Source: Acidobacteriota bacterium (GTDB taxonomy: Bacteria > Acidobacteriota > Vicinamibacteria > Vicinamibacterales > UBA2999). Taken from it: a stretch of 64,000 nucleotides of DNA. Below the pieces are notes generated by a model. It ran no database searches. It saw only the letters and a list, made by a program, of their open reading frames with translations, and was not told where the DNA came from. Positions within the stretch are counted from its first letter, which is position 1, and every line of letters begins with the position of its first letter. The DNA is taken from contig CAUJDN010000109.1 of assembly GCA_963169195.1 (NCBI GenBank), positions 5,695 through 69,694 of the forward strand, given 5' to 3'. The translations under genes were made by a program, and so were the position numbers. Positions 35,523-44,313 of this stretch are shown piece after piece.

Positions 35523-36641
35523 ATGCGACTGACGAGCGCAAGGACGGGGATGCTGGTGCTGCTGGGCGCGCTGGCGCCGGCGATGGCAGGGGCGCAGGGC
35601 AATGCCCCGGACGAGGCCCAGCAGCCGCCTATCCAGGCGAGGCCGGGCGGGCCCGAGAGCGCGCCGAGGACGACAGAGGAGGTGCCGGTCACGAAGGGCA
35701 CGCGCCTCGTACTCACCAACAGTGCGGGTGAGGTCGTCGTCACATCGTGGGACCGCGACGCGGTGAAGGTGGAGGCCTCGCACAGCGAGCACGCGTCCGT
35801 GGACATCCAGACGGAGGAACAGACGCTCCGCATCCGCAGCCGGGCCACGCGCGGGTCGTCGAGCCTCGTGGACTACCGGCTGACCGTGCCGCGGTGGATG
35901 CCCGTGAACCTCTCCGGCAGCTATCTCGAGGCAGCCATCGAGGGGACCAGTGCCGAGATCACCGTGGAGACCGTGCACGGCAACGTCCGCGTGGTCGGCG
36001 GCTCGGGCGCGGTGGCGGTCCGCTCGGTGATGGGGACCATCACGGTGGACAACGCCAGCGGTCGCGTCCAGGCGACGACGGTGAACGAAGGCATCCGCCT
36101 CACGAACGTCACGGGCGACATGTCCGCGGAGACGACCAACGGCGACATCGTCATCCAGAACGCCCGGACGTCGAACCTCGAAGCGTCCACGGTGAACGGC
36201 GACCTGACGTTCAACGGCACGGTGAGGGACGGCGGCGCGTACCGACTGACGACGCACGGCGGCGACGTCCGGCTCGGGCTCGGCGGCGCGACCAACGCCA
36301 CGGTGTTCGTCCGAACGTTCCAGGGCGACTTCTCGGCCGACTTCCCGATTCAGCTCCCGGAGGGGCAGTCGAGCGACAGCGGCAGCAAGCGCTTCAACTT
36401 CACGCTGGGCAGCGGCAGCGCGCGCATCGAGGTGCAGTCGTTCAACGGCGACATCCACGTCGCGCGCGGTGCGGTCCTCACGCCCGAGGAACGGCGGGAG
36501 CAGCGGCGGCGTGGGCCACGTCCCGACGCGCCCCCGCCCCCGCCGGCGACTCCCGCGCCGAAGCCGCCGCCCCCGCTCGAGCCGGCATACAATGGCGCGC
36601 ATGCGGATCTCGGACACGCTGCTTCCCGAGTTCGACCGTGA
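35523..36641 (+). CDS. DUF4097-type beta-strand-repeat protein (putative adhesin), secreted
   Basis: Signal peptide. Repeated G(D/N)(I/V)xV motifs (HGNVRVVGGSG, GTITVDNASG, NGDIVIQNA, NGDLTFNG, GGDVRLGLGG, NGDIHVA). Pro-rich tail. Third gene of the sigma/anti-sigma cluster. Confidence 0.75.
   Translation: MRLTSARTGMLVLLGALAPAMAGAQGNAPDEAQQPPIQARPGGPESAPRTTEEVPVTKGTRLVLTNSAGEVVVTSWDRDAVKVEASHSEHASVDIQTEEQTLRIRSRATRGSSSLVDYRLTVPRWMPVNLSGSYLEAAIEGTSAEITVETVHGNVRVVGGSGAVAVRSVMGTITVDNASGRVQATTVNEGIRLTNVTGDMSAETTNGDIVIQNARTSNLEASTVNGDLTFNGTVRDGGAYRLTTHGGDVRLGLGGATNATVFVRTFQGDFSADFPIQLPEGQSSDSGSKRFNFTLGSGSARIEVQSFNGDIHVARGAVLTPEERREQRRRGPRPDAPPPPPATPAPKPPPPLEPAYNGAHADLGHAASRVRP
36588..36593 (+). 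promoter_or_regulatory. -10-like box TACAAT, 7 nt before the ATG at 36601 (leaderless-type geometry), inside the 3' end of the previous gene
   Basis: TACAAT-GGCGCGC-ATG. Confidence 0.35.
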
Positions 36642-37101
36642 GACAGCCGTCACGCGGATGCTGCTGGAGCGCGTCCCCGATGGCCGGTTCGACTGGAAGC
36701 CGCATCCGACGAGCATGACGCTCGGCCGCCTGGCCGCGCACCTGGCGGAGCTGCCACACTGGGTCTGCATCACCATCGCGCAGGACAGCTTCGACGTGAC
36801 CACGCCACGGCCGGAGGGCGACCAGCCCCCGGCCACCCGCGAGGCCGTGCTGTCGCTCTTCGACGAGAAGGCGGCGGCCGCGCGCTCGGCGCTTGCCGGA
36901 CGCGGCGATGGCGAGCTGATGGCCCCGTGGACGCTGCTCCAGGGAAAGCAGGCGCTGTTCACCATGCCGAAGGTCACCGTGCTCCGCACCTTCGTCTTCA
37001 ACCACCTGGTGCACCACCGCGGCCAGCTGAGCGTCTACCTCCGCATGCAGGGCGTGCCCATCCCGGCGATCTACGGGGCGAGCGGCGACCAGGCCGTCTG
37101 A
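36601..37101 (+). CDS. DinB family protein
   Basis: MRISDTLLPEFDRETAVTRMLLERVPDGRFDWKPHPTSMTLGRLAAHLAE...FNHLVHHRGQLSVYLR. ATG 36592 is an alternative start. Confidence 0.8.
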   Translation: MRISDTLLPEFDRETAVTRMLLERVPDGRFDWKPHPTSMTLGRLAAHLAELPHWVCITIAQDSFDVTTPRPEGDQPPATREAVLSLFDEKAAAARSALAGRGDGELMAPWTLLQGKQALFTMPKVTVLRTFVFNHLVHHRGQLSVYLRMQGVPIPAIYGASGDQAV

Positions 37102-37113
37102 TCGGGAGCGCAC

Positions 37114-38607
37114 GTGCGAGCGCTGACCCACGTGGCCGGTGCGCTGGCGTTTCTCGCGCTGGCGACGCTCAACTCGGGCGGATACCGGTTCGGCGCCTCT
37201 GATCAGGCCTTCTACATTCCCGCTGTCCTGAAACGGCTCGACCCGACGCTGTTCCCGCGCGACGCCGCGCTCCTGGATCCCCAGGCGCGCTACTTCTTCG
37301 TGGACGAGATCGTCGCGGGGACGATGCGCGCGACCGGCTGGTCCATGGAATCGTGCTTCGCGGCCGGCTACGGGCTCACGCTGGCGCTCCTCTACCTGGC
37401 ACTCTGGCGGCTCGGGCACGTGCTCTTCCGGTCGCCGCTCGCCCCGTGGGCCTTCGTCGCCGCCGAGACGCTGCGCCACCGCATCACGAAGACGGGCGTC
37501 AACACGCTCGAGAGCTACTTCCACCCACGCGTGCTGGTCTTCGCGATCGGTGTCTGGGCCATCGGCGCGTACTTGCGCGGACGCCCGCGGCTCGCCGTGA
37601 GTGCCATCCTGGCGGCGGGCCTGCTCCACCCCACGATGGCGGCATTCTTCGTGCTCTTCCTCGCGGTCGCCATCTGGACCACCGAGCCAGGTGCACGACG
37701 GGACGTCGGCCTGCTGGCCGTCGTCGGCATCGTCGGTGTCGCGTGGCTGCTGCTCGCCGGGCCCATGCAAGGGGCCCTGGCGCCGATGGACGCTCAATGG
37801 CGGGAGCTGCTGGCGGCGAAGGACTACCTCTTCCCGGTTCGCGACTGGTCTGCTGGCGCCTGGGTAGCCAACCTGGGCACGGCGGGCCTGGCCATCGGCA
37901 CGCTGGCGTGGCGGGCCCGCCGTGATGCGGGGGCACCGCGCGAGCGCGGGTTGCTGGCGGGAGGCGTCGCTCTCCTCGTCGGCTTCCTGATCACGCTGCC
38001 CGCGGTGTCCGCGGGGTCCGCCCTGTTCGTTCAGCTCCAGATCTCCCGCGTGTTCTGGGTGCTGGACCTGCTGGGCACGGTTGCGCTCGTCTGGCTGCTC
38101 GTGGACCGGCCCCCGCAACGGGCGGCGCAGACGCCATCGCGATGGCGGGCAGCGGTGGCGGCCGCCATCGTCGTGGCCGCCGCGGCCCGCGGCGCGTGGG
38201 TCGGATTCGTCGAGCACGGGGATCGCCCGCTCATCGCGGTGAGCCTGCCCGATGACGACTGGACGCGGGTCATTCGCTGGGCGGAGCGGCAGCCCTCCGG
38301 CGCCCACCTGCTGGCCGACCCGGGCCACGCGTGGCGCTTTGGCACGCCGCTCCGGCACGCCGGGCGGGACGTGTTCCTGGAGGAGGTGAAGGACTCGGCC
38401 CTGGCCATCTACGCGCGCGGGTCGGCCGCCCGGGTCCTCGAGCGCCGCGCGGCCCTCGGCGACTTCGCCACGCTCGATGCGGACGGCGCGCGGTCGCTGG
38501 CCGCCCGCTATCGGCTCGACTACCTGGTCATCGACCGCGACCTGGACCTCCGCCTCGCGCACCGCGAGGGCCGCTTCCGCATCTACGCGCTCCGGAACCA
38601 GCGCTGA
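37114..38607 (+). CDS. polytopic membrane protein, function unknown (possibly glycosyltransferase-C-like)
   Basis: At least 10 hydrophobic segments followed by a soluble C-terminal domain. GTG start. The function guess is weak. Confidence 0.7.
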   Translation: MRALTHVAGALAFLALATLNSGGYRFGASDQAFYIPAVLKRLDPTLFPRDAALLDPQARYFFVDEIVAGTMRATGWSMESCFAAGYGLTLALLYLALWRLGHVLFRSPLAPWAFVAAETLRHRITKTGVNTLESYFHPRVLVFAIGVWAIGAYLRGRPRLAVSAILAAGLLHPTMAAFFVLFLAVAIWTTEPGARRDVGLLAVVGIVGVAWLLLAGPMQGALAPMDAQWRELLAAKDYLFPVRDWSAGAWVANLGTAGLAIGTLAWRARRDAGAPRERGLLAGGVALLVGFLITLPAVSAGSALFVQLQISRVFWVLDLLGTVALVWLLVDRPPQRAAQTPSRWRAAVAAAIVVAAAARGAWVGFVEHGDRPLIAVSLPDDDWTRVIRWAERQPSGAHLLADPGHAWRFGTPLRHAGRDVFLEEVKDSALAIYARGSAARVLERRAALGDFATLDADGARSLAARYRLDYLVIDRDLDLRLAHREGRFRIYALRNQR

Positions 38608-38658
38608 GCGCCCCAGTCTCCGAAACCCGGAACCCGAGAACCCCGGCCCCCGTTCGCG

Positions 38659-38664
38659 TACAAT
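38659..38664 (+). promoter_or_regulatory. -10-like box TACAAT, 23 nt before the ATG at 38688 (GGAGG-containing short leader)
   Basis: gcgTACAATgcccggcatcaacGGAGGcacgtATG. Confidence 0.35.
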
Positions 38665-38687
38665 GCCCGGCATCAACGGAGGCACGT

Positions 38688-39974
38688 ATGTCAGCAGCTG
38701 TTTCGCGTCGCGACTTCACCCGCCTGTTTGCCCTCGGCGGTTCGGCGGCCCTCTTTGCGGACCCGGTGTGGGCCAGCCAGGCGGCGCCGACGCCCGCGCT
38801 CGCGCCTGGCGGGGCCGCGTCCGGGGAGCCGTTCTGGACGAGCGTGCGCGATCAGTTCGTGATGCCGGCCGACCTGGCGGTGATGAACGCCGCCAACCTG
38901 TGTCCCTCGTCGCGCGGCGTCGTCGAGACGCTGACGAAGGAGACGCGCAGCGTGGACCAGGATCCGTCGCCGCACAACCGCGCGCGGCTGTATCCGGAGA
39001 AGGAGCAGACGCGCAAGGCGCTGGCCGAGTTCCTCCGCGTCACCCCCGAGGAGGTCATCATCACCCGCAACACCAGCGAATCGAACAACCTGGTGTCGAG
39101 CGGGCTGGATCTCAAGGCGGGCGACGAGGTCATCGTTCACGCCGACAACCACCCGAGCAACCTGAACGCGTGGCGCGAGAAGGCAAGGCGGTTCGGGTAC
39201 TCGCTCGTCACCATCGAGCAGAGGAACCCGCACCCCGGGGCCGGGTACTACGAGGAGGCGTTCACGCGCGCCATCACGCCACGCACCAGGGTCATCGCCT
39301 TCACACACCTGACGAGCACCGTCGGCGACTACATGCCGGCCCGAGCTCTCTGCCGCATCGCGCGCGAGCGCGGAGTGCTGTCGCTCGTGGACGGTGCGCA
39401 GAGCTTCGGCCTGCTGGACGTCAACCTCGCCGACATGAAGCCCGACTTCTACACGGGCAGCGCGCACAAGTGGCCCTGCGGCGCGCGCGAGTGCGGCGTG
39501 CTCTACGTGAACAAGGCCGTGCAGGATCGGCTGTGGCCGAGCATCTACAGCGCCTACCCCGGTGCGGTGGGCTTCTCGAAGACGTTCGAAGGGTTCGGCC
39601 AGCGCGACGAGGCGACGATGATCGCGTTCCGCGAGGCGCTGGCGTTCCAGACGAAAGTGGGACGCACGGCGATCGAGCAGCGCTCGCGCGCGCTCGCCAC
39701 GCAGTTGATGGACGGCCTGGCGAAGCTGCCTGACGTGAAGGTGTGGACTTCGCCTGTCGCCGAGCGGCGCGTCGCCGTCGTGTCGTTCGTGCCCGGCTCG
39801 CTCGACGCCAGCCGGCTGGCGACCGCGCTCTACGAGAAGGACAAGGTGGCCATCACCACGCGCGGCGGGAAGGACCGCCCCGGCCTCCGGGTCTCGCCGC
39901 ACTTCTACAACAGCCCGGCCGAAGTGGATCGCCTGCTGGCCGCGCTCGGGAGCTACCTGAAGACCGGCCTCTGA
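38688..39974 (+). CDS. class V aminotransferase-fold PLP enzyme with Tat signal (paralog of 24001..25308)
   Basis: MSAAVSRRDFTRLFALGGSAALFADPVWA is a twin-arginine motif. The PLP-lysine motif is SAHKW. Confidence 0.85.
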   Translation: MSAAVSRRDFTRLFALGGSAALFADPVWASQAAPTPALAPGGAASGEPFWTSVRDQFVMPADLAVMNAANLCPSSRGVVETLTKETRSVDQDPSPHNRARLYPEKEQTRKALAEFLRVTPEEVIITRNTSESNNLVSSGLDLKAGDEVIVHADNHPSNLNAWREKARRFGYSLVTIEQRNPHPGAGYYEEAFTRAITPRTRVIAFTHLTSTVGDYMPARALCRIARERGVLSLVDGAQSFGLLDVNLADMKPDFYTGSAHKWPCGARECGVLYVNKAVQDRLWPSIYSAYPGAVGFSKTFEGFGQRDEATMIAFREALAFQTKVGRTAIEQRSRALATQLMDGLAKLPDVKVWTSPVAERRVAVVSFVPGSLDASRLATALYEKDKVAITTRGGKDRPGLRVSPHFYNSPAEVDRLLAALGSYLKTGL

Positions 39975-39980
39975 GCACCG

Positions 39981-40121
39981 ATGCGGCCGCAGATGCCGCA
40001 GATGGGCCGCAGATGCTCCGCAGAGCCTGGACACGACGGCCGCAAATGCGCAGATGCGCACATGCAAGGGGGCGACTGCCGCGGTCCTGCGGCCTTGCGA
40101 CTATCTGCGCATCTGCGGCGG
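39981..40121. repeat. CCGCAGATG-type short tandem repeats, followed by a long imperfect hairpin between convergent genes
   Basis: ccgcagatg occurs 3 times plus decayed copies (39988-40027). A perfect 12-bp inverted repeat CGCAGATGCGCA (40049-40060) / TGCGCATCTGCG (40106-40117) has an inner GCAAGG/CCTTGC pairing. Confidence 0.75.
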
Positions 40122-40129
40122 GCTGTCCA

Positions 40130-40501
40130 TCAGTGTTCGAGTGTGATGGGCGGCAGGCGGAGGACCTGCGCGTCCTCGGCGCCGAACCACAGCCGTATCA
40201 CGCGACCATCCGCGCCCGCGCCCGGCTCCGGAACCTCGTCAGCGCCTGCCGGGGCCGGCCATGGATCGGCCGTCGATTCGCTGACCACGTCCTGCGCCAT
40301 GCTCAGGACGTTCCACGCCGCATCAGCGTAGTCGTCGGCCTCGGCCTCGGCCGGGTCCAGGTGCCCCACCGACGTGGAGGCGCCGGGACCCCCGGGCGTA
40401 TGCACGTGAATGGTGTCGCCGTCCGCCCGTGCGGCGTACCCGTCGGGCAGGATGGCGGACAACCGCTTCACCAGCGCTCGCGCAAACGTTGACGGTGCCA
40501 T
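40130..40501 (-). CDS. hypothetical protein
   Basis: MAPSTFARALVKRLSAILPDGYAARADGDTIHVH... High GC3. Start at the internal ATG of ORF 40130..40564. Confidence 0.5.
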   Translation of the reverse strand: MAPSTFARALVKRLSAILPDGYAARADGDTIHVHTPGGPGASTSVGHLDPAEAEADDYADAAWNVLSMAQDVVSESTADPWPAPAGADEVPEPGAGADGRVIRLWFGAEDAQVLRLPPITLEH

Positions 40502-40568
40502 TCCGACTCCCGACCTTCGACTGCGCTCAGGGTCGCCCCGAGCCTCGCCGAGAGGCAACTCCAATCCG

Positions 40569-42200
40569 TCACTTCGGCGTCGTCCTCACCGTCGGGTACG
40601 TGATGCCGAGCTGCTCCAGATAGGTCGTGTACTTCGTCGGGTCGTAGTAGTACTTCCGCATCTGCTCGCGGTACCTGGCGAGAATCTCCGTGTTCAGGTG
40701 CGTCGGGGCCGGCGTGTCCTTCGTGATGAACGGGATGTACTTCACGTCCTTCGTCTGGACGCTGTTGAAGTACTCCCACGCCTGGGTAACGAGCTCGGGC
40801 TTGGTCAGCAGGTCCAGGATCGTCATCGCCTGGACCTTTGCGCCCGCGACGACGCCCTTGTGGGCGATCGGGGTCGCGCTGGCAATGGCGCTCGACCAGT
40901 TGTGGCCGGGCAGGCCGGGGATGTTCGCCGGGTAGCTCAGCGTGACGGTCGGCATGTTCCACGAGATGTCGCCGATGTCGTCGGAGCCGCCGCCCATGTT
41001 GCGCTCGGGATCCGTCGGCTGGCCGAGCTCGTTCAGCTTCGTCGCCAGGCCAGGCTGTGTGGCGTTGCCCAGCTCCTTCTGCAGCGCCTTCGCCAGCGTC
41101 TGGTCGGCCTCGCTCCACTCCGGCAGCCCGACCTTCTGGATGTTGGCGTACATCGTCTCGGCGACGGTCCTGTTGAAGTGCCGCGGGTAGGCGGTGCCGA
41201 GGATCCGCGAGGTCCACTTCGTGTTGGTCATGAGCGCTGCGCCCTCGGCAATCTGGTTGCCGATGTCCCACAACGCCTTGATGTGCGGCTGGTCGATCTC
41301 GCGGAAGTAGAACCAGATGCTCGCGTTGCGCGGCACGACGTTCGGCTGGTCGCCCCCGTTGGTGATGACGGAGTGCGAGCGCTGCTGCAGCCGCAGGTGC
41401 TCGCGGCGGTAGTTCCAGGCGGCGCTCATCAGCTCGACGGCGTCGAGCGCGGATCGGCCGCGCCAGGGCGCGCCGGCGCTGTGCGCCGTCTCGCCCTCGA
41501 AGGTGTACTCCACCGAGACCAGCCCGGTGCCACCCGCCTGGCCCCACGAGACCCCGAGGTTGCCGCCGACGTGCGTGAAGAGGTTCACGTCCACGTCCTT
41601 GAACATGCCATCGCGCACGAACCACGCCTTCGAGGCGACGAGTTCCTCGGCCACGCCCGGCCAGACCATGAGCGTGCCCGGCAGCTTGTCGCGCTCCATG
41701 ATCTTCTTCACCGCGATCGCGGCGACGATGTTGAGCGGCATGCCGGTGTTGTGGCCCTCGCCGTGGCCCGGCGCGCCCTCGACGATGGGGTCGTGGTACG
41801 CCACACCGGGCCTCTGGGACGCCTGCGGGATGCCGTCGATGTCGGACCCGAGGGCGATGACCGGCTTGCCGGTTCCCCAGGTCGCGACCCAGGCCGTCGA
41901 CATTCCCGACTGCCCGCGCGTCACCGTGAAGCCGAACTTCTCGAGCTGCCCCGTCAGGTACTTCGAGGTCTCGACTTCCTGCATGCCGAGTTCGCCGAAG
42001 CTGAAGACCGAATCCACCATCTCCTGGGCGAGTTTCGCGAGCTCGTCGACGCCCTTGACGGCTTCCTGCTTCTGCGCCGTCAGCCGCGGGCTGTCAGGCG
42101 GCGCCGCCGGCGCGGCGGATCCCGGTGTCTGCGCCGCTGCAGGAGCGGTGGCCAGCAGCGTCGCCGCCAGCATCCAGGTCGTGTATCTCGTGCGTGTCAT
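40569..42200 (-). CDS. M20 family amidohydrolase (AbgB-like), secreted
   Basis: Signal peptide MTRTRYTTWMLAATLLATAPAAAQ. Motifs GELGMQEVETSKY, GSDIDGIPQASQ, GHGEGHNTG. Paralog of 29645..31084. Confidence 0.85.
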   Translation of the reverse strand: MTRTRYTTWMLAATLLATAPAAAQTPGSAAPAAPPDSPRLTAQKQEAVKGVDELAKLAQEMVDSVFSFGELGMQEVETSKYLTGQLEKFGFTVTRGQSGMSTAWVATWGTGKPVIALGSDIDGIPQASQRPGVAYHDPIVEGAPGHGEGHNTGMPLNIVAAIAVKKIMERDKLPGTLMVWPGVAEELVASKAWFVRDGMFKDVDVNLFTHVGGNLGVSWGQAGGTGLVSVEYTFEGETAHSAGAPWRGRSALDAVELMSAAWNYRREHLRLQQRSHSVITNGGDQPNVVPRNASIWFYFREIDQPHIKALWDIGNQIAEGAALMTNTKWTSRILGTAYPRHFNRTVAETMYANIQKVGLPEWSEADQTLAKALQKELGNATQPGLATKLNELGQPTDPERNMGGGSDDIGDISWNMPTVTLSYPANIPGLPGHNWSSAIASATPIAHKGVVAGAKVQAMTILDLLTKPELVTQAWEYFNSVQTKDVKYIPFITKDTPAPTHLNTEILARYREQMRKYYYDPTKYTTYLEQLGITYPTVRTTPK

Positions 42201-42256
42201 GCGTGTCCCTCCGCGACCGCGCCCGGGCCGCCGCAAGGATTGTAGCGGACGTTACA

Positions 42257-43252
42257 ATGAAGAGGTTCGTGCAGGCTGGTACGCTCACCTTCAATCCGCT
42301 CCCTGGATGGGCTGGCGGGCACCGGATGACCCTCTATGCCTGGGGGCGACCGCGCCGGTTTCCCCGGCTCCCGGCGGCCGAGGCGCGCTACTTCGACGTC
42401 GCCCCGGACGCACGCGTCCTCGCGCACTGCCACTGGCAGCCCGATCGGGCGTCCCGTCCCACCGTGCTCCTGCTGCACGGCCTCGAGGCCTCGAGCCAGG
42501 CGCACTACGTGATGGGGATGGCCGACAAGGCGTGGAGCCGCGGCTTCAACGTCGTGCGGCTGAACCAGCGCACCTGCGGGGGCACCGAGCACCTGTCGCG
42601 CGGCCTCTATCACTCGGGCCTGACCGCGGACCCCCGCTTCGTCCTCACCGAGCTTCGCGAAAGGGACGGACTGGACCGCTTCGGCGTCGCCGGCTACTCG
42701 CTGGGGGGGAACCTGGCGATGAAGCTGGCGGGCGAGCTCGGCACGGCTGCCCTTCCCGAGGTGAAGGCCTTCTGCGCGGTCTCGCCCGTCCTCGAACTGG
42801 AAGCCTGTGTCACGGCCATCGAGCGCCCGGCCAATCGCCTGTACGAGTGGAACTTCTGCGCGAACCTCCAGCGCCGCATGCGCCGGAAGGCGCGCGCCTT
42901 TCCCGGCGCCTTCGACCTGGAAGGGCTCTGGAAGATCTGGTCCATCCGCGCCTTCGACGATCGTTACACCGCCCCTCATCACGGCTTCCAGGGCGCCAGC
43001 GACTACTATCACCGGGCCAGCGCCATGCGCGTGATCGAGCACGTGGCCCGGCCGGCCCTGGTCCTGAGCGCGGCCGACGATCCCTTCGTGCCGCCGGAGA
43101 TCTTCGCCGCCCAGCCCGTCCGGGCCAATCCCCACATCCACGCCCTCGTCACGCCGTTCGGCGGGCACTGCGCGTTCGTGGAGGAGCCGACCCACGACGA
43201 TGGCTATTTCGCGGAGCGGGCTGTGATCGACTTCCTCGGGCGCCACCTCTAG
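42257..43252 (+). CDS. alpha/beta hydrolase, YheT/UPF0017-like
   Basis: LLLHGLEASSQAHYV...RLNQRTCGG...LYHSGLTAD...GYSLGGNLAMKLAGE (nucleophile elbow)...DDPF...GGHCAF. Confidence 0.8.
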   Translation: MKRFVQAGTLTFNPLPGWAGGHRMTLYAWGRPRRFPRLPAAEARYFDVAPDARVLAHCHWQPDRASRPTVLLLHGLEASSQAHYVMGMADKAWSRGFNVVRLNQRTCGGTEHLSRGLYHSGLTADPRFVLTELRERDGLDRFGVAGYSLGGNLAMKLAGELGTAALPEVKAFCAVSPVLELEACVTAIERPANRLYEWNFCANLQRRMRRKARAFPGAFDLEGLWKIWSIRAFDDRYTAPHHGFQGASDYYHRASAMRVIEHVARPALVLSAADDPFVPPEIFAAQPVRANPHIHALVTPFGGHCAFVEEPTHDDGYFAERAVIDFLGRHL

Positions 43253-43383
43253 CGGGCGGCCGAGCCCTCCCGCTTCGCCCGTTTCCCCCCTTTTCACGTC
43301 TCACGTCTCCGTTTTGGGGTATCCTGCGCGCGGTCGCCGGGCCGTCGTCCCGCCGCGAGCAAGCGTTTCCGGAGGCTATCGTG

Positions 43384-44247
43384 ATGCGGACCCCCGCCGT
43401 CGTCCTGGTGTCGTGCCTGACCGTCGGGTCGCTCGTGCTCTGGGCCCAGGGACCCGCCGCGCAGGCACCGTCTCCCTCCTCGCCGCCGGCAGCGGATGCG
43501 GAGGCGTGCGCCCAGGTGTGGCTCGGGCGGGCGGGCGAGTTCGAGCAGTTTCTCAAGACCGCCGACGTATCGTCCCTGAAGGAAGTGCCTGTCGGCGTCA
43601 CGCGGCCGAGCCGGGCCTATTTCGCACCCGGCGGGCTGGCCGAGAGCATGGCCTGGAAGCCGCTCAAACCCGGTATCCGGAACGGTTTCTGGGAGAGCTA
43701 CCGCTCCGAGATTGCCGCATACGAGCTCGACAAGCTGCTCGAGCTGCACATGGTCCCGCCCACCGTGGAACGTGAGGTGGCACGTGAGTTCGGCGCTGCG
43801 GTGCTGTGGGCCTCTCCGACGCGCAGCTTCAAGGAACTCGGCGGCGTGCCCGGACAACCGGGCGTGACCAGACCGCCAACCGGCCGCATCCCCGGGTGGA
43901 ACCGTCAGATCGTCCGCGCCAAGATGTTCGACAACCTCATCGCCAACAAGGATCCCAACCTGGGCAACTGGCTGGTGGACGGCGACTGGCACCTGATTCT
44001 CATCGACCACTCGCGGTCGTTCACCACGATGAAGACCCTGGTGCACCGCATGGACAACATCGACCGGGGCCTGTGGGACAGGTTCCGCGCGCTCGACGGC
44101 GCCACGCTGCAGGCCGCGGTGGGCCGCTGGATGGGGCGCTCGGAGCTGCGGGCCATCCTCGAGCGACGCGATCGCATGCAGCAGGAGATCGATCGGATGG
44201 TCGCCGCGCGCGGGGACACCGTCTTCCTGCCGGAACCCGCTCGCTAG
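43384..44247 (+). CDS. secreted hypothetical protein with kinase-like (PI3/4-kinase / HipA-like) catalytic-loop motifs
   Basis: Tail of ORF 41503..44247. Signal peptide MRTPAVVLVSCLTVGSLVLWAQG. The motif NKDPNLGNWLVDGDWHLILIDHSRSF resembles a catalytic loop plus metal-binding D. The assignment is tentative. Confidence 0.6.
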   Translation: MRTPAVVLVSCLTVGSLVLWAQGPAAQAPSPSSPPAADAEACAQVWLGRAGEFEQFLKTADVSSLKEVPVGVTRPSRAYFAPGGLAESMAWKPLKPGIRNGFWESYRSEIAAYELDKLLELHMVPPTVEREVAREFGAAVLWASPTRSFKELGGVPGQPGVTRPPTGRIPGWNRQIVRAKMFDNLIANKDPNLGNWLVDGDWHLILIDHSRSFTTMKTLVHRMDNIDRGLWDRFRALDGATLQAAVGRWMGRSELRAILERRDRMQQEIDRMVAARGDTVFLPEPAR

Positions 44248-44313
44248 GCCGGTGCCTCCCGGCCGCGGGCTCCGGCCCGCGGCCTCGCTCCCCTCCCCGC
44301 TCCCCATCCGAAC

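Noticed and set aside
42253-42258. TACAAT overlapping the ATG of the alpha/beta hydrolase gene, considered as another leaderless promoter.
   Set aside because: Homology to YheT-like proteins begins upstream of where a transcript from this box would start (FNPLPGW...). The hexamer overlaps the start codon itself, so the geometry does not fit the N7-8 pattern. It is left unassigned.
41503-44247. 914-aa plus-strand ORF, and 872-aa minus-strand ORF 43294..45912.
   Set aside because: Only the last about 287 codons of the first ORF (from ATG 43384, with a signal peptide) look like a real protein. The rest is antisense to the M20 gene or out of frame over the hydrolase gene. The second ORF is antisense to the SLC13 transporter gene.
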